Below, piece after piece: positions 21,001 to 30,191 of a stretch of DNA of 64,000 nt. The DNA lies in assembly GCA_000092065.1 (NCBI GenBank), contig CP000600.1; one strand, written 5' to 3'. The position numbers and the translations under genes were made by a program. Within the stretch, counting starts at the first letter, position 1, and each line of letters begins with the position of its first letter. The notes beneath the pieces were generated by a model. It was not told where the DNA came from. It saw only the letters and a list, made by a program, of their open reading frames with translations, and searched no databases. The DNA comes from Ostreococcus lucimarinus. Lineage: Eukaryota.

Positions 21001-21286
21001 ACTGTACGATGCCGGCAGCGAAGGCGCGACGGAGCAGAACGCCGTCGCTCTCATCGACGCCCTGTGCGCCATCGCCACTGCAACGAGCACAATGTCCATG
21101 GAGTGTCGGGAGCACGCCCTCGATGCTCTCGTCGCGGCGTCGACGCTCAAGTTCAGCGCCGTGTACCCGAGTCGCCGGCGCGCGCTCGACGCCGCCGTCG
21201 TCGCGTGTGACGATCCTAAACGTCGCGTCCGCCGCGCCGCCGCGCGAGCGCGACAGGTATGGCTCAAATTAATGACCTCTACTTAG
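18035..21286 (+). CDS. MMS19: MMS19 homolog (cytosolic Fe-S assembly targeting / NER protein), HEAT repeats
   Basis: 'YDVAASYFPVSFKPPRGDSIKISRRQLAEAV' matches the MMS19 signature (YFPIxFxPPxxDxxxIxRxxL). The protein is about 1080 aa of HEAT-like repeats, with a C-terminal 'KRRVRRAAARARQVWLKL' resembling the MMS19 C-terminus. The start is either the ATG at 18035 or the ATG at 18080; the ORF-track start at 17996 is GTG. Confidence 0.7.
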   Translation: MTTPSPQIATLRRRTMATRDALAAFCAASARDDDATSLADDVALAEIARAIADGARAVLDVVVDLEGFLTATEPKPRARATEILAHVAEECAMTLDDRAVRTLSAFFASRLSDFASTASAARGAEALVKRANAEAIEATSRALFAECDVQGLRQSDREACVRLAIEMLRSAHAGACARGAGDGEPNEALARIIGAFDGEKDPRCVLGLCEVWTLLPGAFERFGEGGKAVYEENAEELYDVAASYFPVSFKPPRGDSIKISRRQLAEAVERAMTASPTFAPWAVAHALESLNPELGPGKMADAARAVRAMGERFGASVMEEYMGIVWQAMRAALAHPNATKMEEDDDVQATTPMAVMTTMFASEFTRGTLARAALTDQCVRDAEVTLRRMANDSSSDDVDGACAMETSDEGCCGGGCGGGSKSSGEEAARGKLVVATASRVLGAVAAATPTLAHDVIHGTLKSLLDAAKIPREIDGLHSSKAAYLALILATPALGGALDCCERNAESSVHMSVLDDESERLVGLFADAALGKIESPSFDEGIVLGLAGLHMLCKFPYRFGLASAESRVAVASKLFDAMMAQHVNESEADIEVRIERSIDALVAAASGADAKLVDAMSTGAVALLADKVTVTNLQTVEATRAIRALCALAAVNQMIRNDVARLFCGVVRDAIEIGSPNAEDLVSAMCRDDDGVLTRFVSSDEAQRACADLTTFCLARDPATTAESTVRVVASAVANCDDATQARFAAEAVALSREKPLMACAVICGLRPQAAFEATHMVAALDELTRSRGDRGFSMFVAAAVGSATHKFPSVDFAPPMEDLTDERTTFVLGACLRARAMRRDDSSPSDALVSCLVRALDDSSSPEASRGAAMALSMAVGFSAAHRDIGLGLKSSTHASEKFLACQRFFTKVAPTLIKGAYEAVGAKRLSRSYAVVKLASGVAPSVALSSQFNLFPLLPDVLHALTVGTLAGDDDAVRAALLLVGARLAEPALYDAGSEGATEQNAVALIDALCAIATATSTMSMECREHALDALVAASTLKFSAVYPSRRRALDAAVVACDDPKRRVRRAAARARQVWLKLMTST

Positions 21287-21330
21287 CGTCATAGCTAGTC
21301 CATTCATCACGCGCGCCTTTAGTCCTAGCG

Positions 21331-21981
21331 ATGCAACGGAACGTTCTCTCGCGTCCCGCTCGCTCGCGTCCCGCTCTCGCGCCGCACACCGCGACTCGCG
21401 GCATGCCGGACGCCGCTGGTTCGCGCGACGACGACGTCGGTGTCCCCATAGAGCGCGATGTCGCCGACGCTCCGTCGACGTCAAAACCCGCGAGCGCGTC
21501 CAAACCGTGCGCGTTCTTCGCCCGAGGTCGTTGCGGTGGTGGAACGCAGTGTCCGTTTTCACACGCGCCGAGCGTCGTGCGCGCGCGCGCGACGCACGCG
21601 TCCAACTGCGGATGCCCGGAGTGCAATCCAATGCGCGCAAAACCGCGCGAAAACGGCGCGAACGACGCCGATGGGGCGGTATCATCGGAGAGCGAGGAGG
21701 AGGGCGCCGTCCCGAACGCCGTCGTCGAGCGCGAGGCGCGCGAACGCGCCGCCGAACGCGCCGAGACGCTGCGGCGATGCGCGACGATCGCGGATGAAAA
21801 TCGGTGCGAATTTTGGCGCGAGTTCCTGCGCGAGGCGAGCTCGGGTCGAGGGAATCGTTTGGTGCCGTATTGGACGCGCGAGGACGACGCGCCGCCGCCG
21901 GCGACCGGACCGCGACCGCGACCGCCGGATGTCGGCGACGCCGACGCGCGCGCGCGCGCGAGACCGCGTCGTTCGATTTAG
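21331..21981 (+). CDS. CCCH-type zinc-finger protein (hypothetical)
   Basis: 'KPCAFFARGRCGGGTQCPFSH' has the canonical C-x7-C-x5-C-x3-H spacing, and the ORF starts at an ATG. The rest of the protein is low complexity. The ATG lies only 44 bp after the MMS19 stop. Confidence 0.45.
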   Translation: MQRNVLSRPARSRPALAPHTATRGMPDAAGSRDDDVGVPIERDVADAPSTSKPASASKPCAFFARGRCGGGTQCPFSHAPSVVRARATHASNCGCPECNPMRAKPRENGANDADGAVSSESEEEGAVPNAVVEREARERAAERAETLRRCATIADENRCEFWREFLREASSGRGNRLVPYWTREDDAPPPATGPRPRPPDVGDADARARARPRRSI

Positions 21982-22173
21982 CGCACTTAGCCTCTGAAAC
22001 CGCACCCTCGCGGTCGTAGCTCACGTTTTAGATTGTAGCGTATCGGCGTCCCGAAGCGCGTCCCGAGGCGCAATTCCACTCAATCGCGCCCGCGCCGCCC
22101 GCACTCGTCGTCGCTCGCGCTCGAACCGCGCGCTCTCGGCGCGCGACGTCGCAGACGCCTCGCCCGCGCCGTC

Positions 22174-22833
22174 ATGTTCGATCTCAAGCAACTGTTCGGC
22201 TTAGCGCCGACGCCCGAACAAAAAACCAAAGAGTGCAAGCTCAAACTGCGCAAACTCCAGCGCGAACTCGAGCAACAGATTCGCGACGTCGAGCGCGCGA
22301 CGACGAAGACGACGAGAGAGATCAAGCTCTGCGCGAAGAGAAACGACCAGAAAAGCGCGCGCGCGCTGGCGAAAGAGATCGTGCAGGCGAGGAAGGCGAT
22401 TGAAAAGTTGTACACGAGCAAGGCGCGCGCGAGCTCGGTGGAACGCGCGCTGACCAGACGGGCGGCGACGCAGACGAGCGTAAAAACGCTCGAACGCTCG
22501 AGCGAAGTGCTGAAAGCGATGAACGCGCTGGTGAAAGTGAGCGCGGTGCGCGATCAGGCGAGAGAATTGAGCCGGGAGATGACGAGGGCGGGGATCATGG
22601 AGGAACTCGTGGAGGAGGCGCTGGCGGATGATTTAGAGGACGAAGACGAGACGGAGCGCGCGATTGAGGATATTTTAAAGGAAATCGCGGGGGAGGTCGT
22701 GTTACCCGACACCGGCGTCGAAGAGAAAGTCACGCGCGAGGCGACGATCGCGGTGGAACCGACGACGACGACGACGACGACGACGACGGAAGATTTAAAG
22801 GCGCGACTCGAGCGCATGCGGCAAGAGGCGTAG
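22174..22833 (+). CDS. CHMP3: ESCRT-III subunit CHMP3/VPS24 (Snf7 family)
   Basis: The ORF aligns with CHMP3 along its whole length: 'LRKLQRELEQQIRDVER', 'ALAKEIVQARKAIEKLYTSKA' and 'VLKAMNALVKV…RELSREMTRAGIMEELVEEAL…DILKEIAGE'. A poly-Thr tract (T9, from an (ACG)n repeat) is inserted near the C-terminus. Confidence 0.8.
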   Translation: MFDLKQLFGLAPTPEQKTKECKLKLRKLQRELEQQIRDVERATTKTTREIKLCAKRNDQKSARALAKEIVQARKAIEKLYTSKARASSVERALTRRAATQTSVKTLERSSEVLKAMNALVKVSAVRDQARELSREMTRAGIMEELVEEALADDLEDEDETERAIEDILKEIAGEVVLPDTGVEEKVTREATIAVEPTTTTTTTTTEDLKARLERMRQEA

Positions 22834-23066
22834 CGAGTCGCTCGTTCGCGCGTTTCAAACGCAAATCATCGCCGCGCGCGGCGAGCGATCTGTATCATCA
22901 ATCAAAACCATTCTCGCGCTGTGTCTCCACGCATCGACGTCGCGCCTTCGCGCGCGCCCGCGTCGCGCTCGATTCGATTCGCGTCGTCGTCGTCGCCGCG
23001 CTCGACGCATTCAATTCCAAATCTACATTCGCGCGCTCGTCACCGCGTCACACGCGCGCGCGCCCC

Positions 23067-24899
23067 ATGACGCCGCGCGCGCTCGCGAACGCGTCTCCGC
23101 GCGTCGCGCGCGGGCGTCCGCGCGCGTCGACGCGCCGCGATGGACGTCGACGCGCGACCGCGGGCGCAGGGTTCGTTACGCGGACGCGTCGACGCCGCGT
23201 CGCGCGCGCGGCGAACGAGGACGCGGCGAGCGAGCGAACGCGCGCGAACGCGTCCGCGATGCCGTCGAAGACGCTTCGCGGGATGTTCGACGCGGTGCGA
23301 GGGTTCGTGCTGGAACCGTCGCGGGACGGCGGCGAAGCGTCGAGCGGCGGCGCGAGCGGCGGCGCGAGCGCGAGCCGACTGCGAAAAGTCATCGGATCGT
23401 TCGTCATGGACGTTTCGCAATCGTTCGATGAGCTCACGGACGCGCCGTCGATGACGACGGACGGCGCGGCGAATTTGAGGACGACGGCGGCGCGGCGAAG
23501 ACGGGCTCGGACGCTCACGGCGGAGCGACGGCGACGAAGACGCGACGCGAAGACTCGGGATGAGCTGAGCGCGCTCGCGCCCGAGGTTGAGGTTCTGACG
23601 TTGAACGCGGTGCAGAGACGCGCGATCGGGTTGGATTGCGATGAGATGCACTTTGTGCCCGTCGGCGACGCGAGCGGTTGGAGCGCGGCGTTGTTGCGAT
23701 ACAAGGCCAAGGAAGGCGTGGAGACGCGAAGACCGATCGTCATGGTGCCCGGATGCGCGTCAAACGGGATGACATTTGATGTCGATAAGACGGTGAGCTT
23801 ACCCAGGTATCTCACGGAGCGCGGGCACGAGGTTTGGATCGTGGAGACGCGCGGCGTCGGGTACGCGCGCAGATGGACGAGACCGAGGTCGGATTACGTC
23901 GAGGTCGCGCCGCCGACGGACTCGGTCGGCGAAGGAAGCGGTGGTGGAATAGAAATACCGATGATGCGATCGGTGGGATTCGGGCTCTGGGACTTCGACA
24001 CGCTGTTGAATGAAGATTTGTTTTGCTCGTGCGAGTACATCGCCGAAGTCTGTCGCCGTGGGGATTTGGCGGGCGTCGGGCATTCGATGGGTGGAATGCT
24101 CCTCGCCTCGCTTGCGGCCGTAGGACCGAAAGAAAGCGACATCGGGGTGAATTGTTCGTGGTCCATGACTCGCGTGTGCACGATGGCGTCGTGTTTGGAA
24201 TGTTCCTCGGAGAGCGACCCGGAATCGCCGGCGTCGGTGTACGCGCGTTTCGCCGCCTTGGCGGGCCATCTCCCGCGAGGACTCACCGCGAATCCGAGCA
24301 CGACCACCGTGCACTTACCAATAGCGCCCGCAAGCGTAGCCACCGCGGAGGCGTTTCAATTCGTGCTCGGTCCACCGCCTCCCATCGACGGCGACGGCGC
24401 GTCGGCGCCCGATCCCGCCAAGGCGTTTTGGAGAAATTCAGTCTCCCCGGTGACGTGCCATCCCGGCGCCACGGACTCGGAATTCCTTCGACGACTACTA
24501 TTACGAGGCTTCAACAACGTCCCATTGTCGTTGCTGATTCAAATGGCAACACTGTTCACTCCCGGAGGCATGCGCAGCCGCGACCCATCCATGGGCGTCG
24601 ACGAATCGTCGAGCGTGCGCGCCAGAATCGCTCGAGACAGCGAACGATTAAAGTACCTCGACGAGCTCCAGCGCGCGCGCGTGCCTGTTCTCGCCATCGC
24701 CGGGGACGTGGACCCGATTTTTCCCCCGAACCAAGTCAAAGCGTACGCCAGAAAAGTAGACGCCGAGTACCACGTCTTCGGCGACGCGTCGTCGCCGCGC
24801 GACGACCCGGACACCCATTACAGCCACTACGACGTCATCTGTGGCCGACACGCCCCTCACAAAGTCTTCCCCATAGTCGCCGAGTTTCTCGAGCGCTGA
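23067..24899 (+). CDS. Alpha/beta-hydrolase fold protein (lipase/esterase-like)
   Basis: 'RRPIVMVPGCASNGMTFDV…GHEVWIVETRGVGYA' and the nucleophile elbow 'GHSMGGMLLA' are present. There is a long R/A/S-rich N-terminal extension (possible transit peptide), and the ORF starts at an ATG. The precise family is unknown. Confidence 0.55.
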   Translation: MTPRALANASPRVARGRPRASTRRDGRRRATAGAGFVTRTRRRRVARAANEDAASERTRANASAMPSKTLRGMFDAVRGFVLEPSRDGGEASSGGASGGASASRLRKVIGSFVMDVSQSFDELTDAPSMTTDGAANLRTTAARRRRARTLTAERRRRRRDAKTRDELSALAPEVEVLTLNAVQRRAIGLDCDEMHFVPVGDASGWSAALLRYKAKEGVETRRPIVMVPGCASNGMTFDVDKTVSLPRYLTERGHEVWIVETRGVGYARRWTRPRSDYVEVAPPTDSVGEGSGGGIEIPMMRSVGFGLWDFDTLLNEDLFCSCEYIAEVCRRGDLAGVGHSMGGMLLASLAAVGPKESDIGVNCSWSMTRVCTMASCLECSSESDPESPASVYARFAALAGHLPRGLTANPSTTTVHLPIAPASVATAEAFQFVLGPPPPIDGDGASAPDPAKAFWRNSVSPVTCHPGATDSEFLRRLLLRGFNNVPLSLLIQMATLFTPGGMRSRDPSMGVDESSSVRARIARDSERLKYLDELQRARVPVLAIAGDVDPIFPPNQVKAYARKVDAEYHVFGDASSPRDDPDTHYSHYDVICGRHAPHKVFPIVAEFLER

Positions 24900-25004
24900 T
24901 TTCGACGTTTGTAATCGCATCGTATCGAGTCGTCGCGCTTCGCTCGCCTAACCGCCGCGTCGCCGCACACCGCGCCGCTCGCGCGTCCCGCGCGCGGCGC
25001 TCGC

Positions 25005-26417
25005 ATGCGCACCGCGTCGCGCTCGAACGCGAGTGTGCAAACGGTCACGCCCGCGCGTCCCGTTCGCTCGCCCGCGCGTCGCTCGCGTCGCGCGATGACG
25101 GTCGCCGAAGCCGTGCCGCCGCCCCCGAAAGCGAACCAAAGCCAACGCGGCGCGTCCTGGCGCGCCGAACACCGCGAAGCGATCCTGAAGGGCAGCGCGA
25201 GGACGCACGTCAGCGACGCTTCGCCGACGGTGATCGATTTCTTGACGAACGACGACGCGCTGGTGGGACCGAGGAAGTGGTTGGGCGCGGCGACGCGCGC
25301 GGCGACGGGGGACATTTTCGGCGTCCCGAGTCACGCGCGACGGGTGCTCAAAGTGAGCCCTCGAGCGGGGACGGTCGAATTGATCGGTGACGAACTCACG
25401 CCGACGCACTTTAAATTCCTGCGCGGGATCGATGGGAAGAATGGGAAGTGTTACGGTTTGCCGGCGTGGGGCGAGGGCGTGTTGAAAATCGACGCCGAGA
25501 CGGGAGAGACGAGCATGATTGGAAAGTTGCCGGGAGACATGAAGTGGCAGTGGCACGGCGGTTCGTTAGGTCGCGATGGAGCGCTGTACGCGGTGCCGTG
25601 CAACGCGTCGTCCGTCCTGCGGGTGTGCACGAAGACGGAGGAGGTGAGTTTCATCGGCGGCGACGTGATTTCGCCGATGAAGAATAAGTGGTACGGCGGC
25701 ATTCAAGCGCCGGATGGTTCGATTTACGGCGTGCCGTATTGTTCGGATAAAATCATACACATCGTTCCAGAGACACAATCGGTGGAGATGCTCGAACTAC
25801 AAGGAGCGACTTTGGAGCCGAATAGCTACGCTTGGCACGGCGGAATCTTAGCGCCAAATGGCTGCATTTATTGCTTTCCCAGTCACGCTCGTCGCGCGAT
25901 GAAGATTGACTGCGCCACGCGCACGTGCACGCTCATCGGCGACGATCTCGGAGACAAGCGGTACAAATTTGGCGGCGGATGCGTCGGCCCCGACGGCGAC
26001 TCGGTGTACGCGTTTCCGAGCGATTACAAGGCGGTGCTGAAAATCGACACGAGAACCGACCAGACTTCTTTAGTGGGCGAAGGACTACCCGGAATGCTCC
26101 CAGACTTGCTTAACAAGTGGCAAAACGGTGTTCTCGCGGGCGACGGTTACATATACGGAATCCCGTGCGACGCACCGTCTGTGATCCAAATCGACCCCGG
26201 GACGGATTCGGTGCACTTCCTCGGCAACCTGGGCGACTTACCCGACAAATACCAAGGCGGTTTCTTAAATCGCGACGACGGCGTCGTGTACTGCATCCCC
26301 GAAAACGCTGAAAACGTCATGCGCATCTGCCCCGTCGGCAGCGACGCGCACCCACCGCCCCGCAGCGGCTTCGATCACGACGCTCGTCCCGAAAGTCGTC
26401 GCGCGGCGGCGTTGTAA
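25005..26417 (+). CDS. Beta-propeller-like repeat protein with about 8 tandem ~47-aa repeats (unclassified repeat family)
   Basis: A recurring unit is read directly: '(K)W(H/Y)GG…(P/R)DG.IY..P..A..VLKID..T….IG'. It recurs at 'WQWHGGSLGRDGALYAVP', 'KWYGGIQAPDGSIYGVP', 'AWHGGILAPNGCIYCFP', 'YKFGGGCVGPDGDSVYAFP', 'KWQNGVLAGDGYIYGIP' and 'YQGGFLNRDDGVVYCIP'. I could not assign it to a named repeat family from memory. Confidence 0.5.
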   Translation: MRTASRSNASVQTVTPARPVRSPARRSRRAMTVAEAVPPPPKANQSQRGASWRAEHREAILKGSARTHVSDASPTVIDFLTNDDALVGPRKWLGAATRAATGDIFGVPSHARRVLKVSPRAGTVELIGDELTPTHFKFLRGIDGKNGKCYGLPAWGEGVLKIDAETGETSMIGKLPGDMKWQWHGGSLGRDGALYAVPCNASSVLRVCTKTEEVSFIGGDVISPMKNKWYGGIQAPDGSIYGVPYCSDKIIHIVPETQSVEMLELQGATLEPNSYAWHGGILAPNGCIYCFPSHARRAMKIDCATRTCTLIGDDLGDKRYKFGGGCVGPDGDSVYAFPSDYKAVLKIDTRTDQTSLVGEGLPGMLPDLLNKWQNGVLAGDGYIYGIPCDAPSVIQIDPGTDSVHFLGNLGDLPDKYQGGFLNRDDGVVYCIPENAENVMRICPVGSDAHPPPRSGFDHDARPESRRAAAL

Positions 26418-26530
26418 CTAAAGTGTGGTTTCTGAGCCACTTCCCGTTATCCCTTCGCGCGTCTCCGCAGACGCGCGCGCGCGACCGCACGTGCGCGCCG
26501 GCGCGTCGACGCCGATCACGCGCGCGCACC

Positions 26531-28636
26531 ATGCTCCCGTCCTGGCTCGCCGGGAGCTCGAGCGATGAGTACAGCGGCGACGAAAGCGAAGGCCCGCGAT
26601 CGCCGTCGAGGTTGAAACAGATCGGTTCGACGGTGAAACACGAGGCGAAGGACCGCCTGACGAAGCTGGCGCGAAGCGGAACCGCGAGCACGGCGGTGGA
26701 TGGACTCACGGATTTCATCGCGGACCCGAAATCGCACGCGGCGGCGACGAAGATTGGAAATTTGAAGGAAAAGTCCAAGACGCTGTGGACGAACGCGATG
26801 CGGGACGACGAGGCGAAGATTGAAAGGACGAAAAACGCGACGAAAAAGGCGCTGGAGATCACGGAAAAGTTATGCGTGAACGCGGATCCCGATGGTGAAG
26901 TCGCGCACACGTTTGCGGACGCGGCGAGACGGATGAAGGATATCGTGGATACGGGGAAAAACCGCGAAGAGGTGCTCGAGCTGAGCAAGACGCTGGGGAA
27001 GGATGTGTGGGAACGGTTGAGCACGCGAGCGAAAGGAAACGAACACTTCACCGGTATGCGGGGAACCGTGGAAAGGATCGTGAACAGGGTGAAGGGGCTG
27101 ATGCAAAAGTTGCAGGATGAAAAGATGAAGCGAGACGAGGAGGCGGCGATTTCCGCCGTGTTAAACAGCGAGGCGGCGGTCGACGAGATTGATTCGCGGC
27201 TTAAGACGTTGGCCGAGGAGAGTAAAGATGTGTGGAGTGATTTAAAGGCGGATACGCAACTTAGAGCGTTGATTAAGGAGGAAGTCGTGCCGGGCTTCGA
27301 GCGTTTGATTCGCGGAGCGGTGCAGGTTTCGTGCGAGCTCATGTCCAAACTCGAACTCCCGCGCGTGGACGGGGTGTACGATTCCCCGATCGGATCGGTG
27401 TGTTATCACGTAGATAACGTGCACTTCACCGAGTTCCACGTGTCCAAAGAGTCGTTACGGGTGATCAATCACATGGATGAGGACGAACTCGGCGCTGGCT
27501 TGAGCACGACGGTGGAGGTCAGAGACATAAACACCGTCATGCAAAATGTGGAGTTCGCGTATTGCGAATTTCCGCGAAACTGGGGGGTTGTGGACGGTGA
27601 AGGATTATGTACAGTCACAGTGGACGGCGCGAGCGTGGGAATTTCGTACGAAATCATCATCAACACGAATCAGTTGATGAAACTCGTGAACCAAGGAGTC
27701 GAGTTGGCCAAGGACGACGGGAAAATTGCGGAGATGAGAGAGAAGATTGAAGCCAAGATGAAGGAACGTAAAGAGGCGAAAGAGCGAGAGGCGGCGCGGG
27801 CGCAGGCGGCGAAACCGGCGGCGACAACACCCGTTAAAATCGAGAAGTGCGCGTCAATCGATTCGGACCGCGAAGAGTTCGGTTCACCCACGGGAGAGGT
27901 TGATGCGCTAGGTTCCGCGCTCGATCGCGCGTTTGGTGGTGGTATGTTCAGCGACGCGCACGACGATGTAGACTCGCCGCCGTTATCGCCGACGTCGCCG
28001 ACGTTTCACGACGCCACGGACGACGCTCGTATCTTGGGGGCCAAGGAAAAGCTGATTCGCAATCGCAAGGTGGTGAGTGAAATCTTAGGTGACGACTTTT
28101 TGGGCGAAGAACCCGTGTTAGAGCTTCGCGTACACACGACGCACATCTCAGTCGGCGAGCTGGACGTGCAAATTAGCGGCACGTCCGCGGCGTGGTTGTA
28201 CAACATGATTGCTCTCGTCCTGACGCAACAGCTTCGCGGAACGATTGAGGAGAAAATCAACAACATAACGGTCAAACAGCTCGCGCGAGTGAGCGGTGCC
28301 GTTTCCGCGTACAGCGCTGGTCTAATTGAGGTTTCCATCTACCAAGACGACGAATCGGACGACGACATCGGCTCGATGTTATCCGGCGTCACGGGCTCGC
28401 TTCGCGAGAATCCGGGCGTCTGGGGCGAAGACTGGAGATGTTCGCACTGCCCAGGTGAAGCCCCCGAACACGTCGAAGCGCGACGCAAGTTTGGTTCTCG
28501 ATCGCATTCAAAAGCCTCTTTCGAGGGTTTGGACGAAATCGTCGAAGAAGCTGACGCGATCGAGCGCGCGGAGGCCGCGCGCCGGTCGCTCGAAGACGAG
28601 GACGTCGACTGGCACGACATCGCGAGTCCGATGTGA
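26531..28636 (+). CDS. Hypothetical protein with N-terminal coiled-coil and BPI/TULIP-like lipid-binding fold signature
   Basis: The ATG of 'MLPSWLAG' is at 26531; the ORF-track start at 26423 is GTG. A K/E-rich coiled-coil spans roughly aa 60–280. 'HISVGELDVQISGTSAAWLYNMIALVLTQQLRGTIEEKINNITVKQL' resembles the BPI/LBP N-terminal domain motif ('HISKSKVGWLIQLF…'). The call is tentative. Confidence 0.35.
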   Translation: MLPSWLAGSSSDEYSGDESEGPRSPSRLKQIGSTVKHEAKDRLTKLARSGTASTAVDGLTDFIADPKSHAAATKIGNLKEKSKTLWTNAMRDDEAKIERTKNATKKALEITEKLCVNADPDGEVAHTFADAARRMKDIVDTGKNREEVLELSKTLGKDVWERLSTRAKGNEHFTGMRGTVERIVNRVKGLMQKLQDEKMKRDEEAAISAVLNSEAAVDEIDSRLKTLAEESKDVWSDLKADTQLRALIKEEVVPGFERLIRGAVQVSCELMSKLELPRVDGVYDSPIGSVCYHVDNVHFTEFHVSKESLRVINHMDEDELGAGLSTTVEVRDINTVMQNVEFAYCEFPRNWGVVDGEGLCTVTVDGASVGISYEIIINTNQLMKLVNQGVELAKDDGKIAEMREKIEAKMKERKEAKEREAARAQAAKPAATTPVKIEKCASIDSDREEFGSPTGEVDALGSALDRAFGGGMFSDAHDDVDSPPLSPTSPTFHDATDDARILGAKEKLIRNRKVVSEILGDDFLGEEPVLELRVHTTHISVGELDVQISGTSAAWLYNMIALVLTQQLRGTIEEKINNITVKQLARVSGAVSAYSAGLIEVSIYQDDESDDDIGSMLSGVTGSLRENPGVWGEDWRCSHCPGEAPEHVEARRKFGSRSHSKASFEGLDEIVEEADAIERAEAARRSLEDEDVDWHDIASPM

Positions 28637-28782
28637 GCGTCGTCCTCCGAGTCAACCTAGCATGTTATTGAAATCGTAATTTGAATTCACTTCGCATCGC
28701 GTCGGTTCCGTCGCCGTCGCGCGCGCGTCACCAACCTTTTCGAACGTCGTCGCCTCTCGCGCCAGTCGTCGCCTCTCGCGCG

Positions 28783-30171
28783 ATGGCGAAGCGATCGGAA
28801 CCGAAACCCGCGAACGCGGAGGACAACTCGCAGACCGGTAAAATCGCCATCGTCGCCCTCGCCGCGCTCGGTTTAGCGATCAAGTCTCGCGTCGCGCGCT
28901 CGAAAGCCGACGCCAAACCGTTCGTCACGCGTTTACCGACCGCGACGAACTCGACGCCCGGCGCGTCGTCGAGCGTCGATAAGAGCCCGTCCGGTCGCGC
29001 GTTGCGCTCGCCGTTGCGTCCTCGCGACTCCTCGACGCGTGATCACGCGGCGGAGGGTTTGGCGTTGATCGAGCTCGAGGCGCGCGGCGTCGCCGTCTCG
29101 GTGTCGCCGTTCGGCGCGACGATCGTCTCGCTGCGCGCGGCGCGGCGCGGGGACGCGGACGAGAAGGATGACGTCGTTCTCGGGTTCGATGATTGCGAGA
29201 GTTACGATGAGGTCGAGGGAAGGCCGTATTTTGGTGCGGTGTGTGGACGGGTGGCGAATCGAATCGCGCGCGGGGAATTCGCCGTCGGCCGAAGGACGCA
29301 CACGCTGGCGAAGAATAACGGGGAGAATACGCTGCACGGCGGGACTTCGGGATGGGATCGTAAGCGGTGGACGGTGGAGGATCAAACGCGAAGTAGTGTG
29401 ACGTTGAGTTACGTGAGCGTCGATGGTGAAGAAGGGTTCCCGGCGAACGTGAAGATGTACGTGGTGTACTCCGTCGTCGGATTCGGCGAACGCGTCGAAC
29501 TCGAATGCGACGAAGACGCGGGCGAGGTGAAGCTTTGCGTGCGAAATTGCGCCGAGGTGACGACGAAGATGACGGCGACGGCGGATGCGATGACACCAAT
29601 TTCCACGGTGCAGCACACGTACTTTAATTTGAACGGACACGCGTGCGGGGAGGATTGCTCGTCGCACGTCGTCGAGATGCCGAATTGCGACCGGTACGTC
29701 CCGGTGAACGAGGACACGCTGATTCCCACGGGCGAAGGTTTGCGCAAGGTGGACGGCACGGCGTTTGATTTACGTTCTCCGACACCGATGTTTGAGAAAT
29801 CGAGCGAAGGCTACGACAACACGTTCGTCATCGCCGGCGCAGACGCGACGAGACCGACGAGCGAACTCCCGCGCGCGGCGCCGCGATTGGCGGCGCGCGT
29901 CACGTGCGAAGACGCCGGACGCGTTTTAGAGGTTTTAACGGACGCCCCGGGCGTGCATTTATACACCGGCAACTTTCTCTCCGAGAATATGGTCGGGAAG
30001 AAGAAGGAACGCGCGCGATACCGCAAGCACGGCGGATTCTGTCTAGAGACGGGCTGGTTCCCCGACGCCGTCAATCAGCACTCGAAAATCGGCGCCTCGT
30101 ACCCGAGCGTCATGGTCAACCGCGGCGACACGTACTCGCACACGCTAACGTACCGACTTTCGAACATTTAA
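28783..30171 (+). CDS. Aldose 1-epimerase (galactose mutarotase) family protein
   Basis: 'FGATIVSL…VVLGFDD…YFGAVCGRVANRIARGEFAV…HTLAKNNGENTLHGG…GWDRKRW' and 'HTYFNL' match the mutarotase family. The start is moved to the ATG of 'MAKRSEPK' (28783) from the TTG ORF-track start at 28681. Confidence 0.8.
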   Translation: MAKRSEPKPANAEDNSQTGKIAIVALAALGLAIKSRVARSKADAKPFVTRLPTATNSTPGASSSVDKSPSGRALRSPLRPRDSSTRDHAAEGLALIELEARGVAVSVSPFGATIVSLRAARRGDADEKDDVVLGFDDCESYDEVEGRPYFGAVCGRVANRIARGEFAVGRRTHTLAKNNGENTLHGGTSGWDRKRWTVEDQTRSSVTLSYVSVDGEEGFPANVKMYVVYSVVGFGERVELECDEDAGEVKLCVRNCAEVTTKMTATADAMTPISTVQHTYFNLNGHACGEDCSSHVVEMPNCDRYVPVNEDTLIPTGEGLRKVDGTAFDLRSPTPMFEKSSEGYDNTFVIAGADATRPTSELPRAAPRLAARVTCEDAGRVLEVLTDAPGVHLYTGNFLSENMVGKKKERARYRKHGGFCLETGWFPDAVNQHSKIGASYPSVMVNRGDTYSHTLTYRLSNI

Positions 30172-30191
30172 TAGGGAATTACACCACGCTA

